A stretch of DNA of 62,485 bases from a virus. Its lineage: Duplodnaviria; Caudoviricetes. This document shows positions 13,170 through 25,431 of this stretch, piece by piece. The translations under genes were made by a program, and so were the position numbers. The notes under the pieces are model-generated. The model did not search any database, was not told the DNA's origin, and saw nothing but the letters and a program-made list of their open reading frames with translations. Each line of letters starts with the position of its first letter. Position 1 is the stretch's first letter. The stretch covers positions 1 to 62,485 of IMG/VR virus record IMGVR_UViG_3300047157_000104; one strand, given 5' to 3'.

Positions 13170-16100
13170 TTATTCTATTATTATTTCTATTTGGTTACCT
13201 GCAGCTCCTGTTATTGCACTTATATATCCTAAGCCTTGAACTGAGTATTCTTTAGTGTCTAAATTTGCAGAAGTAGTTTCAGTTCCTAGTATATTATAAA
13301 ACCACTTACCTTCTTTATTTTTAAATGTTTTTATCTGTCCACTCTGAAGATCAGATTCTATTGAATCAACCCACCATCCACTTTTAGCTAATCTATTTTC
13401 AAACTTATTGTCTGTGTCTGGGTTGTTGCTTGCGTCTGGATTATCTAAAAATACCCTAGCTTGAGATCCTTCATAGTTTAACGTTTTAAACGATTTAACA
13501 CTACCAGGCGCATCGTTAAATATGAACTTAACAGAAGACTCATATTGAGCTCCGTAAAAGTTATTTCTAGTTTCATTGGTGTGAGACCATATCTCACCGT
13601 TTTTAAAAGTGTAATATGTATTGTTTAACGACAAGCCGTTTTCTTGTATATAGCTTTTTCTTGAGTTCCAACCGTTTACATCTTCTTTGAAAGTAACAGT
13701 ATCGTCGTACGTACTTCTTTTAGTAGAATTTGTAAATGTTAAAGCATATTCTTTTTTATTCTCATCGTAACTACCTATAGCTTGTTCTGCGTCTGCTAGT
13801 TTGTCTCTAAAATAATCTTCTAACCCATACCTTGATATTGGCTCTAATCCATTACCAGAAAGCCTTAATATTACACCTCTGTTTTTATCAGAAAAATAAG
13901 CTCTGTTTCCGTACCTGGCGTACGACTCTGGATTAGTGCTTATACCAAAGTCTCCAGCGTAAGGCTGTGCAGATCCCAACACATTAGTGCTTGAAACTAC
14001 GTTTTTACTACCGTCTGCGTTAAACAATGCGTCCTTGTTAGATAATATACTAATTATATTATCTTCTAAGTAAACATCTAGCTTACCTAATCTAAACTGC
14101 ATAAGCTGTATAGATCCGTAGGCTGGATTTATGGCTTTTGTTATTTGCTCTGCTTGTATAAACTGATTTAATCTATTAATACTAGAAGTCGAATTATATA
14201 TACCAGAAAATATTATGTCAGACTTCTTACGAACTTCTTTGTATTGTTCTTCAAGAACTGTTGACGCTCTGACACCCTTACCTATTGTAGGAGCATTGAA
14301 ATCATCTCTTATTCTGTCTGACTCAACACCGTTGCCAAAGCTATAGCAATTACTATAGAATAATCTTTGAGTAGATCCGTGCGCAGCTTTTTCGTATGCA
14401 TCGCTAGCTTCATAATATATATCTAGCTCTGCCACTTCTTTTGGTTCTGTTTCAAAAACAGCTGGGTTTTCAGAGGTGAACCCTTCATCTTCAAAAAAAG
14501 TTTGTAGTATTTCAAGACCAGAAACAAGTTGGGTTTCCACTTCAGTTTGCCCAAGGATATTTCTATATATCTTTGTGTTGTCTTTTGGAGACCAAACAAT
14601 AGGTTTGTCTAGTTTTAGAGTCCATCTTATAACTCTTTCAGTTGCCCATATTCCTCTTTTATCGCGATCTCTTTTACCATTAAACTTCTTTTTACCATTG
14701 TTATATGCTATAGCATGTGTTCTAGCAAAAGACTTTATTGTGTACACGTTTTCGTCTTTACTAGGATCATCTGTAAATCTAAATTTTGTACCAATTGTTT
14801 CTAGGCTTCTAACAAATCCCCTAAATTCAGTATTTATATTGCCTCGTCCAAAGTTGCTCCAGTTGTCCAACCCTTCTTTAAAATTATCTGCACCAGAACC
14901 AAAGTTATTAAATGCAATTTCTATAATATCCCCACCTGAATCAATACCCCACCCTGGAGAGTTTTGCCTTAATCCACCAGGAAAAGATTGAGTTCTTTCA
15001 CCAACAAGCGGTCCATACGATGCAAGGTGCTCGTCGTACCAATGATAATCCCAATACCATCTTGACTTAAAACCTGTCCAAAAATGGCCATCTTTTCTCT
15101 TTAAATCTCCTGCAGCAATAGTAGGTATATTTTGTGTTATTCTAAGCTCACTGTCTGACTGTGCTAATAAAATAGCTTCGTCCAGTATAGAGTCTCTTTG
15201 TATTTTAGCGAAAAATCTGCCTTGAAACTCTGGCTTTGCTTTAGTAACTTTTTGAAAAATTTCTATAAAAAGCTTTTCCTCTGAAGCACTGTAAGGCTCT
15301 ATAAACGCAACATCTTCAGAATCTAACCTTTTTTCTAGATTTACTCTGTACGCTTGCTCTGGTACTTCTGAAAGATACTGTATATTTGCAATTTCGTATT
15401 TTTTAGTTTTATTGTTCTCATCAGATATAACCAATACTAAATCATTTAATTGATGCACAGGTGTAGCTGATAATATTTCACTACCAGTTCCTCCATATAT
15501 CCTAACCCAGTCTCCGTACTTTATATCTATATAGCTGCCAGACGAAAGAGGATATCCACTTAAAGAGTGAAATATACTACCGGAACCAGCCCCTACCAGA
15601 GACCTTTTTAATGTACCTTTGGAAACTAATTCTTGTTTTATAAAATCAGGAGCTTCGTTGTCTATAGCTAAAACTTTGTATTTTGCTTCATTAGAAACAA
15701 ATTTATCAGTGTCGTGCTCTTTTTTTAATGTTATAAAAGAGTCATCTTGCAGCTTGTTTCTTTCTGATGAAGGAAACGCTATCCAAGTGTTGCCATCTTC
15801 AGCCGGATAATGTCTATCCATAGCCAAATTATAGTATGGCTGAGACACTTCTCTTATATAGTACTTAAATGTATCTACCCAATCTGGAATTGGGCTAGTA
15901 ATCCTAACTCTAAAATGATTTCTACTTACAGCGTAGCCTTTATTAAGAGCCATTGATCCAGTGGTGTCTGTTAACACAGGTGTCTCTCTGCCGTACTTGT
16001 CTCTATATACTACGCCTACTTGATATGTTCTTTGTGATTTTACAGAAGGTATCGCGTTAGTAGTAGAGTACTCGGCACTAGTAGTAGTAAACGCAAACTT

Positions 16101-17572
16101 TACTGTTATTTCTTTACCTTCGCTAGATATGTCGTAATTCTCTACATAGTTACCAAACATCAACCTATTACCAGAGACAGACAGTGCTTTTGCTCTTTTA
16201 GGAACGTTGTCATATGGCCTAAGTATTTGGTTAGATGGTAGTACTTTGTATATTAATTCAGAATCTATGTTAATTCTGCCTGTGTACGGATCTATAAAGG
16301 CTCCGGAGTCTGTAAACTCATCATCAGTTGTCTTTATGCTTTTTACCACATATATGTTATTAGAAACAGAATCTTTATAAAGTATGTCTACTTCTACTAC
16401 GTTGTACGGTACGTTGGCTGCCCAGTCTCTAATCTCTAGTTTTCTTAGCTGATTAACCATGCCTAGGTTATAACCTTTTTTAGGGTTATAGTCAAATTCA
16501 TCTCCTATAAACGCAACCTGGCTAAAAGGCGATATAGTAGAATATTCGCCGTCTTTATACTTATATCTATAAGCAAATCTGACAAATTTTGTTTCAAAAA
16601 GAGCTGGCTTTTGTATTAATTCAACTTTCCAGTTTCTTACATTTTCTTGAATGTTAGAATCTACAGCGTCTATACTTATTTTAAATATTTTTGGATAAGC
16701 TTTAAAAGCTTGCTCTACCGATGCCACAACAAAAACATCATCATTAGCCTCTTCTCCTTGGTCATCAAGTAGAGTTATTTTAAGTTTATCTCCTTCTTTA
16801 AAGTCTGGTATAGAACCAGAAAATATAACTTCGCTATTCACAGGATTAGCTAAAGGTCTATTTAAAGCAGAGTCTGCAACATTGTCACCGTTTTGATTAG
16901 TATATGCTCCAACAGGTACAGCTTCAAAATCACCATCGTCATTTTGAAACGTAAATGACTTACCAATTGAAGTAGTTAGATATAGGACCTTCTCTAGTTG
17001 TTTTACTCATTTTTAACGTAGGAGCTACTTTTGGTCCTTCTTTTATAACAGTACAATGCTTTTCTTCAAAGTTCAGCCACCAACTTGCGTGTGCGTCCAT
17101 GCATTGTTAGTGTACCTTTCCAATCAGTTATTTTTATAATTTTTGGCTCTGATTTGTCGTCAGTCCAAATTAAAAAATCATCTAATATTTCTACGCCAGT
17201 TATTAAGTTCTTTCTACTAAAATTAAAACTCTTTTAGTGTCTACTAATATTGGAGTTGCAGTGTTAGTTGCAATTGATTATATTCTATTACTAAGCTTTT
17301 AGTTTGACTAACAGCAAACCAATATATACATTCAGTTTCATCTCTTCTTATAGATCCTATACAAATAGCATTAATACCTAAATTAGAAGCTATACTAGCA
17401 GCATATGGTAGCTTATTACCTAGTATATTTTGTAAAGCACCTACATCAGCACCTTCAGATGTAGACACTTGAACGTTTAGTGCGTCTCTATATTGACCGT
17501 TAGGTAACTAAGTCTCTCATCGAGGTCTTTGTTCATAGCTCCTTTGCTAAACGTTCTTTTCAATTCTGCCAT
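13170..17572 (-). CDS. Tail stabilisation/muzzle protein (crAss-like, P22 gp10-like); 5' part frameshifted
   Basis: Start MAELKRTFSKGAMNKDLDER...YRDALNVQVSTSEGADVG at 17572; 1223-aa ORF with FAYRYKY, GNRLMFGNY, GNGVESDRIRDDFNA, FGISTNPES, NKEGKWF. Confidence 0.7.
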
Positions 17573-17574
17573 GC

Positions 17575-18657
17575 TTAGTGCTTAATTATTTTAGATTTGT
17601 TTTTCATTACAAGATTTATCTCTTCTATTTTTAGGTTAGATAATCTTAATTTAGCTTGTCTAATAGCGGCTCTTCTTTCTTTTTTAAATCTTGCCACTAC
17701 ATATTCTGGAGTATTTACTCTAGATGCTAATATTGCGTGTGCTATGTATTTGTATATAGCTTCTTCAGCGAACTTATGAACTCGCATTTCGTCTTCAGTT
17801 CCAAGGCCATCACTTATGTATTTTATAGTTATTACTTTGCCGTTAAGATCTGAACTAAAAAATACATACCCTCTAGAATTATCTATAAAAAACAATCCGT
17901 TAAACTGTGCATGCTCAGGTGTTAATCCATATCTTCTGCCTTCAGCTAAAGTAGCATCAGTGTCTGGTCCACTTACGTTTTCTACTGTGTTATCATTGTC
18001 AGAGTTAGCTTTAAATGTTTTCCAAGTTTCTGAATCTTCTAACGTAAGTAGCTTATTATCATCACCAAAAACATAATTATAATTACCATCTTGTAGTATC
18101 GCCATAGGATTACTAGTTTTCCTCACTGGATATATTATTCTCTCTACACCTGCGTTGTCTTTCCAGGAAAACTGAACATAATTAACATAATCATGAGGTA
18201 GCTTCATTTTCAAAGAAGGTGGTAGCTCTATCTCTTGAGACTTTTCAGATTTTAAAGTATCATAACTAAATTCTTGCATTGCTCTTTGAGCATGGAAGTT
18301 TATATCAGGTATTTTAACTTTAGATATTATCTTACCTTCGCCAACGTACGCAACTCTAAAGTTATTTGTTATATCTTGCAAAGTTATATATTGGTAATTA
18401 CCAAGCTGATCATCTACGTTTATTTCTCTTACTAATATTAAAGCTCCACTCGCGGGCGCTGATGAAAATGTTAGTGTTCCTGAGTTATATACATAATCTC
18501 CATTGTCTATTTCTGTGCCATCAACGAAAACGTCTATATCAGACTCTAATAATGGCGCAGGACTAAAACCTAAAACAAAAGCTGTAGTTGATCCATTGCC
18601 TGTAAATGTCTTACTATTGTCGTAGTATTGTTGTTGTGTTCCCTTAAATAATGCCAT
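17575..18657 (-). CDS. Tail ring/tubular protein with N-terminal beta-sandwich insert
   Basis: RAMQEFSYD, LPHDYVNYV, YISDG, AEEAIYKYI; located after the capsid genes. Confidence 0.65.
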   Translation of the reverse strand: MALFKGTQQQYYDNSKTFTGNGSTTAFVLGFSPAPLLESDIDVFVDGTEIDNGDYVYNSGTLTFSSAPASGALILVREINVDDQLGNYQYITLQDITNNFRVAYVGEGKIISKVKIPDINFHAQRAMQEFSYDTLKSEKSQEIELPPSLKMKLPHDYVNYVQFSWKDNAGVERIIYPVRKTSNPMAILQDGNYNYVFGDDNKLLTLEDSETWKTFKANSDNDNTVENVSGPDTDATLAEGRRYGLTPEHAQFNGLFFIDNSRGYVFFSSDLNGKVITIKYISDGLGTEDEMRVHKFAEEAIYKYIAHAILASRVNTPEYVVARFKKERRAAIRQAKLRLSNLKIEEINLVMKNKSKIIKH

Positions 18658-18660
18658 TTC

Positions 18661-19359
18661 TTATTGTTTTTCTTGTTGAATACTTTTAGCGTCTTCTGTA
18701 GCAGCTATTTGATACAGTTGTGGATCTCGTATTACTACACCAGCAAGCGATAATATTTTTAAAACTAATTCAGTTTCTTCTGAAGCATGAAGCTCAAAGT
18801 TTGTTGATGTTGCTGGATTGTATAGTGCTTCTCCGTTAATTATATTGTATCCCCAGTATACATCTACAGGTTTTTTTATATAATTAATATTTGTGCCGTC
18901 AACTGCAACTCCGTGCATTACTATAGAATTATTATCTATAGTATACATAGGTCTAGTTTTAGCTGGAGCAGTTAATGGCGAACTTAGATATTGCCTTAAC
19001 TCACTGTGACTCATGTGTTGTGCTTCTATTATTTGAGTAGCACCATTTATAGAAACTCTAGCAAAAACAGCTCCAAGTCTGTAAACTTGAAGTATGTCTA
19101 AGTTAGCGTTTGTTGCAGGTGCGTTAAATATAGAAAACTTTTCTATTTTTTCTTCGAGCATATCGACAGGATCAGCATGAATTGTATCATTGCCTGGTAA
19201 TCTTAAAAACTGATTAAGATCATAAAAATACTGCTCGAATATATCTAACTGAGCTTGATTAGCAAGCGTATTAAATTCTTGCGGAGTTATATAGCCTCTT
19301 TGCTCTTTGTTGGCTATAGCTAAAACTCTTAGATAAACTGTATTTATATTTACTGCCAT
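18661..19359 (-). CDS. Tail ring/head-tail adaptor protein
   Basis: ANKEQRGYITPQEFN...AQLDIF...YIKKP...FELH motifs of crAss-like ring proteins. Confidence 0.65.
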   Translation of the reverse strand: MAVNINTVYLRVLAIANKEQRGYITPQEFNTLANQAQLDIFEQYFYDLNQFLRLPGNDTIHADPVDMLEEKIEKFSIFNAPATNANLDILQVYRLGAVFARVSINGATQIIEAQHMSHSELRQYLSSPLTAPAKTRPMYTIDNNSIVMHGVAVDGTNINYIKKPVDVYWGYNIINGEALYNPATSTNFELHASEETELVLKILSLAGVVIRDPQLYQIAATEDAKSIQQEKQ

Positions 19360-19378
19360 AATTTCTTTTTATATAGTT

Positions 19379-19404
19379 TGTGGCCACCTACACAGATGAC
19401 CACA
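19379..19404 (-). terminator. Intergenic hairpin (possible terminator or processing site)
   Basis: Minus strand TGTGGTCATCT-GTGT-AGGTGGCCACA; no U-tract. Confidence 0.35.
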
Positions 19405-19419
19405 TCCTATAAGTGACTA

Positions 19420-20175
19420 TTAATTTAGTTTCTTTTCAATAGCATTGAATACTTCAACACCTTCGTCTGTCTTAAACCATGCGGCTAATGCAGAATAGGG
19501 TTGTTCTTCAAATGGTACGGTAAATAATTTTCTACCGTTACTAGCCCACTTAAACACTCTGTTGTTGTCAGCTAGTTTTATAATGTTTGCCTCAACGGCT
19601 TTGACTCCAATGTTTCTCAGTTGAACATTGTCATCTTCTGCTAATTCTATGAAGGCTTGAGGATTGTTTCTAGCATACACTAGTAGATCTCTTTTAATCT
19701 CCTTAGAACTCATCTTAGATACTTTAGAGCCTTGCTCTACTCTAAGTATAGCTTCTGCTGCATCTATATCTAAACTTTGCGCTAAGTTTAACGCCTCTAT
19801 CTCTAACTCTATCCAATCTACTTGGTTATCAGCTATAACTTGAGGTTCAAACTCTGAGTACGTTATATTACGCTTTGGGTGATATAATGAAAGCATTAAT
19901 TGCAATGCTTGATTTTCTTTAGGCACGTTAAGTTGTCCATTTCTAAACACAATATGGCCTAAAGTGGCTTGCCCTCTCTGTTCGTCTACTATAGGCGAGT
20001 TTTGATTCGTAGCGTATCTTAGTTCTCTTTGTACTCCAGTTTCTTCGTCGAACCATAGCATAGGTTTTCTTCTACTATGTTTAGATGATATTACTAAAGC
20101 CACAGGTGCAGCTTCGTTGTTGAGTACGTAAACTCGATCTTTGATTTCCCAATTTTTGGGCTTTGTTATTTTCAT
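19420..20175 (-). CDS. Conserved virion-associated protein downstream of the capsid gene
   Basis: 251-aa ORF (RELRYATNQNSP); position in head module. Confidence 0.55.
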   Translation of the reverse strand: MKITKPKNWEIKDRVYVLNNEAAPVALVISSKHSRRKPMLWFDEETGVQRELRYATNQNSPIVDEQRGQATLGHIVFRNGQLNVPKENQALQLMLSLYHPKRNITYSEFEPQVIADNQVDWIELEIEALNLAQSLDIDAAEAILRVEQGSKVSKMSSKEIKRDLLVYARNNPQAFIELAEDDNVQLRNIGVKAVEANIIKLADNNRVFKWASNGRKLFTVPFEEQPYSALAAWFKTDEGVEVFNAIEKKLN

Positions 20176-20209
20176 GATATAATATAATTTAAAAATTTAA
20201 AAGGTAAAT

Positions 20210-20238
20210 ATTACCCCCGTTATTTAAACGAGGGTAAT
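20210..20238 (-). terminator. Rho-independent terminator after the major capsid gene
   Basis: Minus strand ATTACCCTCGTTT-AAAT-AACGGGGGTAAT followed by a T-rich run. Confidence 0.65.
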
Positions 20239-20257
20239 TATTTACATTAATTGCTGT

Positions 20258-21733
20258 TTATGCTTTAAGCAATACGAAGTTATTCGCTGCTTGTACACAT
20301 AGACATCTTTCTGACAAGAAGTTTACTACCATTTCGTCTGCATCAGATGTATAGTTTCCACCTACAGATCCAGTGATCCAAGATTTCATTTTTCTGTCAT
20401 CAGCTTCAGAAGCTCGGTAACGTACGTGTAAGAAAGGTCTAGATATGTTTTTACCTAAAGACTGATCGTAAACGGTAGAAGTACCAGCAGGTACCATCAA
20501 ACCTTCAATGTCTCCGATTAATCCTCTAGTAGTAGAATCATTTAAGTATTTCCAGTCAGACTTGTAGAAGTCATAAGAACCTCGTCTGAATCCAGAGAAA
20601 CCTAAATTTAAAGCCATATCTTCAGAGTTGTTGAATACTCCATAAGAAGTACCACCAACTTGGTATGCGTTTTGAGAAGCTAACATTTTGTCAATTTCTA
20701 GAGTTGTAGCTCTGTCTAAGAACATCATGTTTTCTTCAATAGCACCTTGTTTGTCTAACTCTTGTAGTATAGTATCAAAAGTGTCAAGGCCTGTGTGGCT
20801 GAACTGTACACCTGTAGCATCTGAAGCTCCAGTTCTATATGTATCAAAATCAGTACCGCTATAAACAACACCTCTTGATTCTACGGCAGCAAATAAACCT
20901 TCAGTTCCTTGAACATTTAAGAAATTAGTTCCCATTGTTTGAGCAGCTTTTTCGCCTTCAACCATCATCATTTCGATTTGGTCTTCAAAACGTAAACGAG
21001 CTTCGTGCTCAGACTTTAAGTACCATAGGTAGCCAGAGGCACCATTCTCAGTAGTTACTTCAACCCAACCGATTTGAGCAGTGTCAGAACCATTAACTTG
21101 GTATCTGTCACGCATGATAACTGGTCGATTTGAGAACTGTTGAAAAGAAGCATCTATAGAACCAGTGATCCCAGAAGATCCTTTAGTATACTCAGTACCG
21201 TATACGAAAAGCTTAATGTCTTCGCCACCAACGAAAGCAGCGCTACCAGAAGTAGCTAGCGTAGCTTGAGTGTAAGGCTTTACAGTTATACCTGTGTTTG
21301 TAACTGCTGTAACAAGACATTTAAGTACTTTTGTGCTACCAGCGTTAGACACGATAATTGTGTCATGAATTTTAACTAAGTGGCTAGCTGGAAGAGTAAT
21401 AGTATTACCAGACGCGCTGTTAACTTGAACTGTATCAGCTCCAGATTCAGCAGCATCATACGCTACGTGTAGTCTTCCTTGCTCTGACCAAATAACTTGA
21501 TCTGAAGCCAAAGGCATCTCAGCTCCAACCATTCTTAAGAATCCGTTGATTGTACGTTTTCCGTATCTTTCAACTTCTTTCTCATAGATTTCTGGTAAGA
21601 ATTGAGCTGCAAATGAGTTAGTGTCTCCTGCTCCGCTACCTCCGTTGAAAGACAAATAATTGTCTCCAAAAAGGTCTTTAGTAGGTCTTGGGGTTACGTG
21701 TTTTAAAACAGCACCCGTTTGTGAAATTGCCAT
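20258..21733 (-). CDS. Major capsid protein
   Basis: 491 aa; follows portal and scaffold; QFLPEIYEKEVERYG, WSEQGRLH, GTEGLFAAVESRG; biased codon use; followed by a terminator. Confidence 0.8.
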   Translation of the reverse strand: MAISQTGAVLKHVTPRPTKDLFGDNYLSFNGGSGAGDTNSFAAQFLPEIYEKEVERYGKRTINGFLRMVGAEMPLASDQVIWSEQGRLHVAYDAAESGADTVQVNSASGNTITLPASHLVKIHDTIIVSNAGSTKVLKCLVTAVTNTGITVKPYTQATLATSGSAAFVGGEDIKLFVYGTEYTKGSSGITGSIDASFQQFSNRPVIMRDRYQVNGSDTAQIGWVEVTTENGASGYLWYLKSEHEARLRFEDQIEMMMVEGEKAAQTMGTNFLNVQGTEGLFAAVESRGVVYSGTDFDTYRTGASDATGVQFSHTGLDTFDTILQELDKQGAIEENMMFLDRATTLEIDKMLASQNAYQVGGTSYGVFNNSEDMALNLGFSGFRRGSYDFYKSDWKYLNDSTTRGLIGDIEGLMVPAGTSTVYDQSLGKNISRPFLHVRYRASEADDRKMKSWITGSVGGNYTSDADEMVVNFLSERCLCVQAANNFVLLKA

Positions 21734-21759
21734 AATTTTGTTTTTTTATTTTTTAATGT

Positions 21760-22971
21760 TTAAGTAATTCTGTTTGTTGATCTGTTTTGACCAATCTTAA
21801 TTTTAAAATCAGAAGATGACTCTCCAGACGGCACAGCTCTAACTTTCATACCACCAGGAATGTTTTCGTTTGCTAAAGTACCTCTAGGTGACATGTCGAC
21901 ATTTTTTGCCTTAGACATACTTTCTTTTAAAGCATCCGCTTTTCCTTGCTGGTAGAAATGATTAGCTACTACATCAGGGTTCATTGCAGTAAATAAAGAC
22001 TTGTGATAACCTTTAGCATCTTCAATTTTACTAGTTTCCTTGTTAAGGAACTTGTTTACAAAATTTCCAATGTCCATTTGGTTTTCTTTAACACTGTCTG
22101 TATCTTTAACATTCAATCTAAATCTCTTGTCTCCTATGCTGTATTCAAAACCTTTGAATCCATCAGAGAAAACTTCATTAGTCTTACGTTTAAAAAACTT
22201 AGCGTTGTCTTCAGCTACTGTCTGATTTTTGTTGTAACGGTTGAAGAAATCCATAGCTTTTTGTTGTTCCGGGTTCAACCTAGAGCCAGCTTTGATTTCA
22301 TCGTAATATTTAGACTTTAACCCGTCTAGGTGGTTTTTAGCATTTGCAACTTGCTCTTTTAATGCCAATTTCTTTCTTTTTATATCTCGCTCTTCATCGA
22401 GTTCTTCATCGTAGGAATAAAGGTCTTCCATTACAAAAGATCTTTCTTCGTCAGTTAGGTGAGGTTTAGTTTGTTTAAAGTACTCGTTCAATAAATCATT
22501 ATCACTCATTTTTGAGTAATCTTTATTTAATTCAACATAATCTTCTAAAGTTCCTCCAGTTTCGTCCATAAAGTCAACCACCTTCTGAATGTTTTCAGGA
22601 AGTTTAGTACCTTCTTCTTCAGCTTTTTCTATAGCTTCTTCTATGTCCTCTTCTAGTTTTTCAACAACCTCTTCTTCTGTTACTTCCTCTAAGGCTATCA
22701 TATCCTCTACAGGTTCTTCAGCCACAGGTTCTTCAGTAATCTCTTCTGTAGGTTCTTCTGCAGTAGTAGATGGTATCTCTACTTTCACAACGTCATCATT
22801 CGCTTCTTTGTCAACATTTTCGTTTTGCCTTAGATCTACCTTAATAGTACCGTCTTCAAGAACTTCGTTTTTAACTTTAGGTTCTTCTGCTTGAGGAGTT
22901 TCTTCAACAACCTCTTCTTGTTTTACGTCAACGATCTCTTCGACCGCTTCGACTTTCTTTTTTTTAGCCAT
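21760..22971 (-). CDS. Putative capsid scaffolding protein
   Basis: Very acidic low-complexity N-terminus, coiled coil, HFYQQGKADA; lies between portal and capsid. Confidence 0.65.
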   Translation of the reverse strand: MAKKKKVEAVEEIVDVKQEEVVEETPQAEEPKVKNEVLEDGTIKVDLRQNENVDKEANDDVVKVEIPSTTAEEPTEEITEEPVAEEPVEDMIALEEVTEEEVVEKLEEDIEEAIEKAEEEGTKLPENIQKVVDFMDETGGTLEDYVELNKDYSKMSDNDLLNEYFKQTKPHLTDEERSFVMEDLYSYDEELDEERDIKRKKLALKEQVANAKNHLDGLKSKYYDEIKAGSRLNPEQQKAMDFFNRYNKNQTVAEDNAKFFKRKTNEVFSDGFKGFEYSIGDKRFRLNVKDTDSVKENQMDIGNFVNKFLNKETSKIEDAKGYHKSLFTAMNPDVVANHFYQQGKADALKESMSKAKNVDMSPRGTLANENIPGGMKVRAVPSGESSSDFKIKIGQNRSTNRIT

Positions 22972-23003
22972 AATAAAATATTATAAAATTGTATAGTTTT
23001 GTA

Positions 23004-25430
23004 TTATCTTGGATCAAAAGCATTTAATCCAAAACCGCCACCCATTATATCATTACCCGATGACTCGAAGTTTTTAGGTGGACTTTCTTTTTTTCTTTGA
23101 TCTATTAATTCAGACTGTTGTGAAGCTTGAATTTTAGTTCTTTCATCTTTACGATCTTCTTTCTGTGATTCTCGTTCTTTTAATATTTCAGTCTCCATTT
23201 GCTTAATTTGCATGTTTAACTGAAACTCGTGATTCATTAGCTCTTTCTTAAGCATAGCTTCTTGCTGCATTTTTTGCATCTCCATTTGCATCATGCTTTG
23301 CTCTACTTGTATCTTGCCTTGAGATAACGCTTGATTTTTCTGAACTTCAGCTTGAGCAGCTACTTGCTGCGCTTGTGCGTTTGCTTGTGCTTGAGCTTGG
23401 ATGTTCTGCTGCTGCATAAGTTGGTCTTGCTGAGCTTTCTTTTTTCTTCGTATTTTTAATACTTGATTAGCAAGCTTTATGTTTTTAATTTCTCTAACAT
23501 CTATAGCATCTTCTAGCTCTATACCATTTTTAGACAATGCTATTTGAATATTGTTCTCAAGCATCTGTTTCTGCTCATCATCTGGCGTTAATTCTATGAA
23601 TATACCAAAGTCATATAAATGTAAACTACCCATCTCAGCTAATGTAGCTACGTTGTGACCACCTATTTTTTGTATAAAAGCATCTCTTGTTGGTGAGTAC
23701 TCTATTATATCAGATATCCTTAGAGATACACACTCCGCAAGTTCAGCTGTTAAAAATAAACCACTTTGTAGTATATGTCTAGTGGCAGTGTTTGAGTTTG
23801 CTGCCGCCATTTTTTGTATACCTACTAAAGCGTTTTTATCAGGTGTACTACCATCACGCGCCTCGTTCAATCCGGTGACATCTCTGATCATTTGAAGGTA
23901 GTAGTTGTATGTTTGTATCAGTGAAGCTAATTTAGCTCCTCCTGAGCCGCTCTGTATCTCCTGAATAGGTACTTTACCTGGATTCATGTCTCCATCAGCA
24001 GTCATTGATCTACCAATTATACTACCTGTTTGGAAGAACATGTTTAAAGCTTCTTGTGGATTATAGTTTGTTCCATTACCTAAATCTATTTCAGCTAAGC
24101 CATCAGCATCTAAGTATATACCATCAGGTATCATGCGCGACATTACTTGTTGCAACTTTAAATGCGTAAGTTGTATCATGTCAGCAAAACTAGTTGTTCT
24201 ACTTACTAAAGATTCAATTTTACCTTTATACATTCTAGGAGCTACAACTGAGTAGTTCATTTTGACCTTAGTGTAGTCACTCTTAGGTCTCATCATATTT
24301 TTAGCTAACTCCCACTTTAATAGCTGACTAGTACCTAAAACTAAAGCTCCTTCGTATAAAACCTCTATTTGCTTAGACATTTTACCAAACCTTTCCTCCA
24401 GTACTTCGTTAGGTGGATTAAATTGATCGTCTTTAACTATCACCTTGCTAGCTCCGGTAGCGGTTTCTTTTACTTTATATACTTCGTTTGCATAAGTCTT
24501 AAAATTAAAATACAACACTTGAACTTGATTTCTATCTAAGTTGGTAGACTCAGCTAGACTTCTATTATAAAAACCAGTAGACTGATAACCTTGCTTACTC
24601 ATTTTTTCCAAATCATCATTAGTTAGATCTGGAAACTCTTTTTTAAGCTCATTTATTGGTACTGTTTTTATTTCACCTATATAGTATATATCGTCAAAAT
24701 AAGGAGACTCAGTGTATGAGTAAACTATATTTGCTGGATCAACGTATTCTACTTTTACTCCTTCAGATTTTGTAAATGTGTTTTTTATAGCCCCAATTCC
24801 TATAACTGTTAAATCATAATTAACTCTCTTCTTTATCAGCTCATACCTATTGCCTTCTAATATAGTGTTGATAGCTTGTTCTTCAGCTATCTCTACGGCT
24901 TGCTTGTAATTTAGCTGCATATGCAACTGTAGTTCTTCTTCGCTGTCAGGAAGCTGCTCAGGAGGTGTACTAGCTATAGTAACACCAAAAGCTTCTTGAG
25001 CAAACTCATTAAGATCCCTAGTTTTCATATCCGCAATTATATCTTCCATGTACTTGGTTCTTTTAGAAACTCCATATGGATCTTGCGAATATGCTTTTAT
25101 ATCAAATGTTCTCTCTGATATTCCGTTGACTACTATGTCAACAAATTTAGGTATAATAGGAATAGGTTTCCAGTCTAAGTTTAAGTAACTTAAATCGCCA
25201 TTAATCGACAACTCATCTTTATATTTTTGTATTGATTGTTCTCCTCTAGCATACAAACGTAGTTTGTGAAAGTTGTTTTGATTACTAGCAAATCTATTTG
25301 TACCAGTGTCTCTTTTGAACCACTCATACTCTATAGCCTTACCAACTTTAAGTCCATACTCTTTCGAGACTTTCTCTATGTCACTAACAACTTGACTAGG
25401 AAAATAATGTGATGTAACTGACTCAGCCAT
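23004..25430 (-). CDS. Portal protein
   Basis: 808 aa directly after terminase; PIPIIPKFVDIVVNG, IRDVTGLNEARDG; Q-rich C-terminal coiled-coil barrel. Confidence 0.8.
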   Translation of the reverse strand: MAESVTSHYFPSQVVSDIEKVSKEYGLKVGKAIEYEWFKRDTGTNRFASNQNNFHKLRLYARGEQSIQKYKDELSINGDLSYLNLDWKPIPIIPKFVDIVVNGISERTFDIKAYSQDPYGVSKRTKYMEDIIADMKTRDLNEFAQEAFGVTIASTPPEQLPDSEEELQLHMQLNYKQAVEIAEEQAINTILEGNRYELIKKRVNYDLTVIGIGAIKNTFTKSEGVKVEYVDPANIVYSYTESPYFDDIYYIGEIKTVPINELKKEFPDLTNDDLEKMSKQGYQSTGFYNRSLAESTNLDRNQVQVLYFNFKTYANEVYKVKETATGASKVIVKDDQFNPPNEVLEERFGKMSKQIEVLYEGALVLGTSQLLKWELAKNMMRPKSDYTKVKMNYSVVAPRMYKGKIESLVSRTTSFADMIQLTHLKLQQVMSRMIPDGIYLDADGLAEIDLGNGTNYNPQEALNMFFQTGSIIGRSMTADGDMNPGKVPIQEIQSGSGGAKLASLIQTYNYYLQMIRDVTGLNEARDGSTPDKNALVGIQKMAAANSNTATRHILQSGLFLTAELAECVSLRISDIIEYSPTRDAFIQKIGGHNVATLAEMGSLHLYDFGIFIELTPDDEQKQMLENNIQIALSKNGIELEDAIDVREIKNIKLANQVLKIRRKKKAQQDQLMQQQNIQAQAQANAQAQQVAAQAEVQKNQALSQGKIQVEQSMMQMEMQKMQQEAMLKKELMNHEFQLNMQIKQMETEILKERESQKEDRKDERTKIQASQQSELIDQRKKESPPKNFESSGNDIMGGGFGLNAFDPR

Positions 25431-25431
25431 A

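Noticed and set aside
1500-17572. Frame breaks (about 1500-2230, 9550-9950, 11095, 16850-17520) as programmed frameshifts or pseudogenes
   Set aside because: Clustered small indels in apparently essential virion genes are best explained as sequencing or assembly errors; needs read-level confirmation
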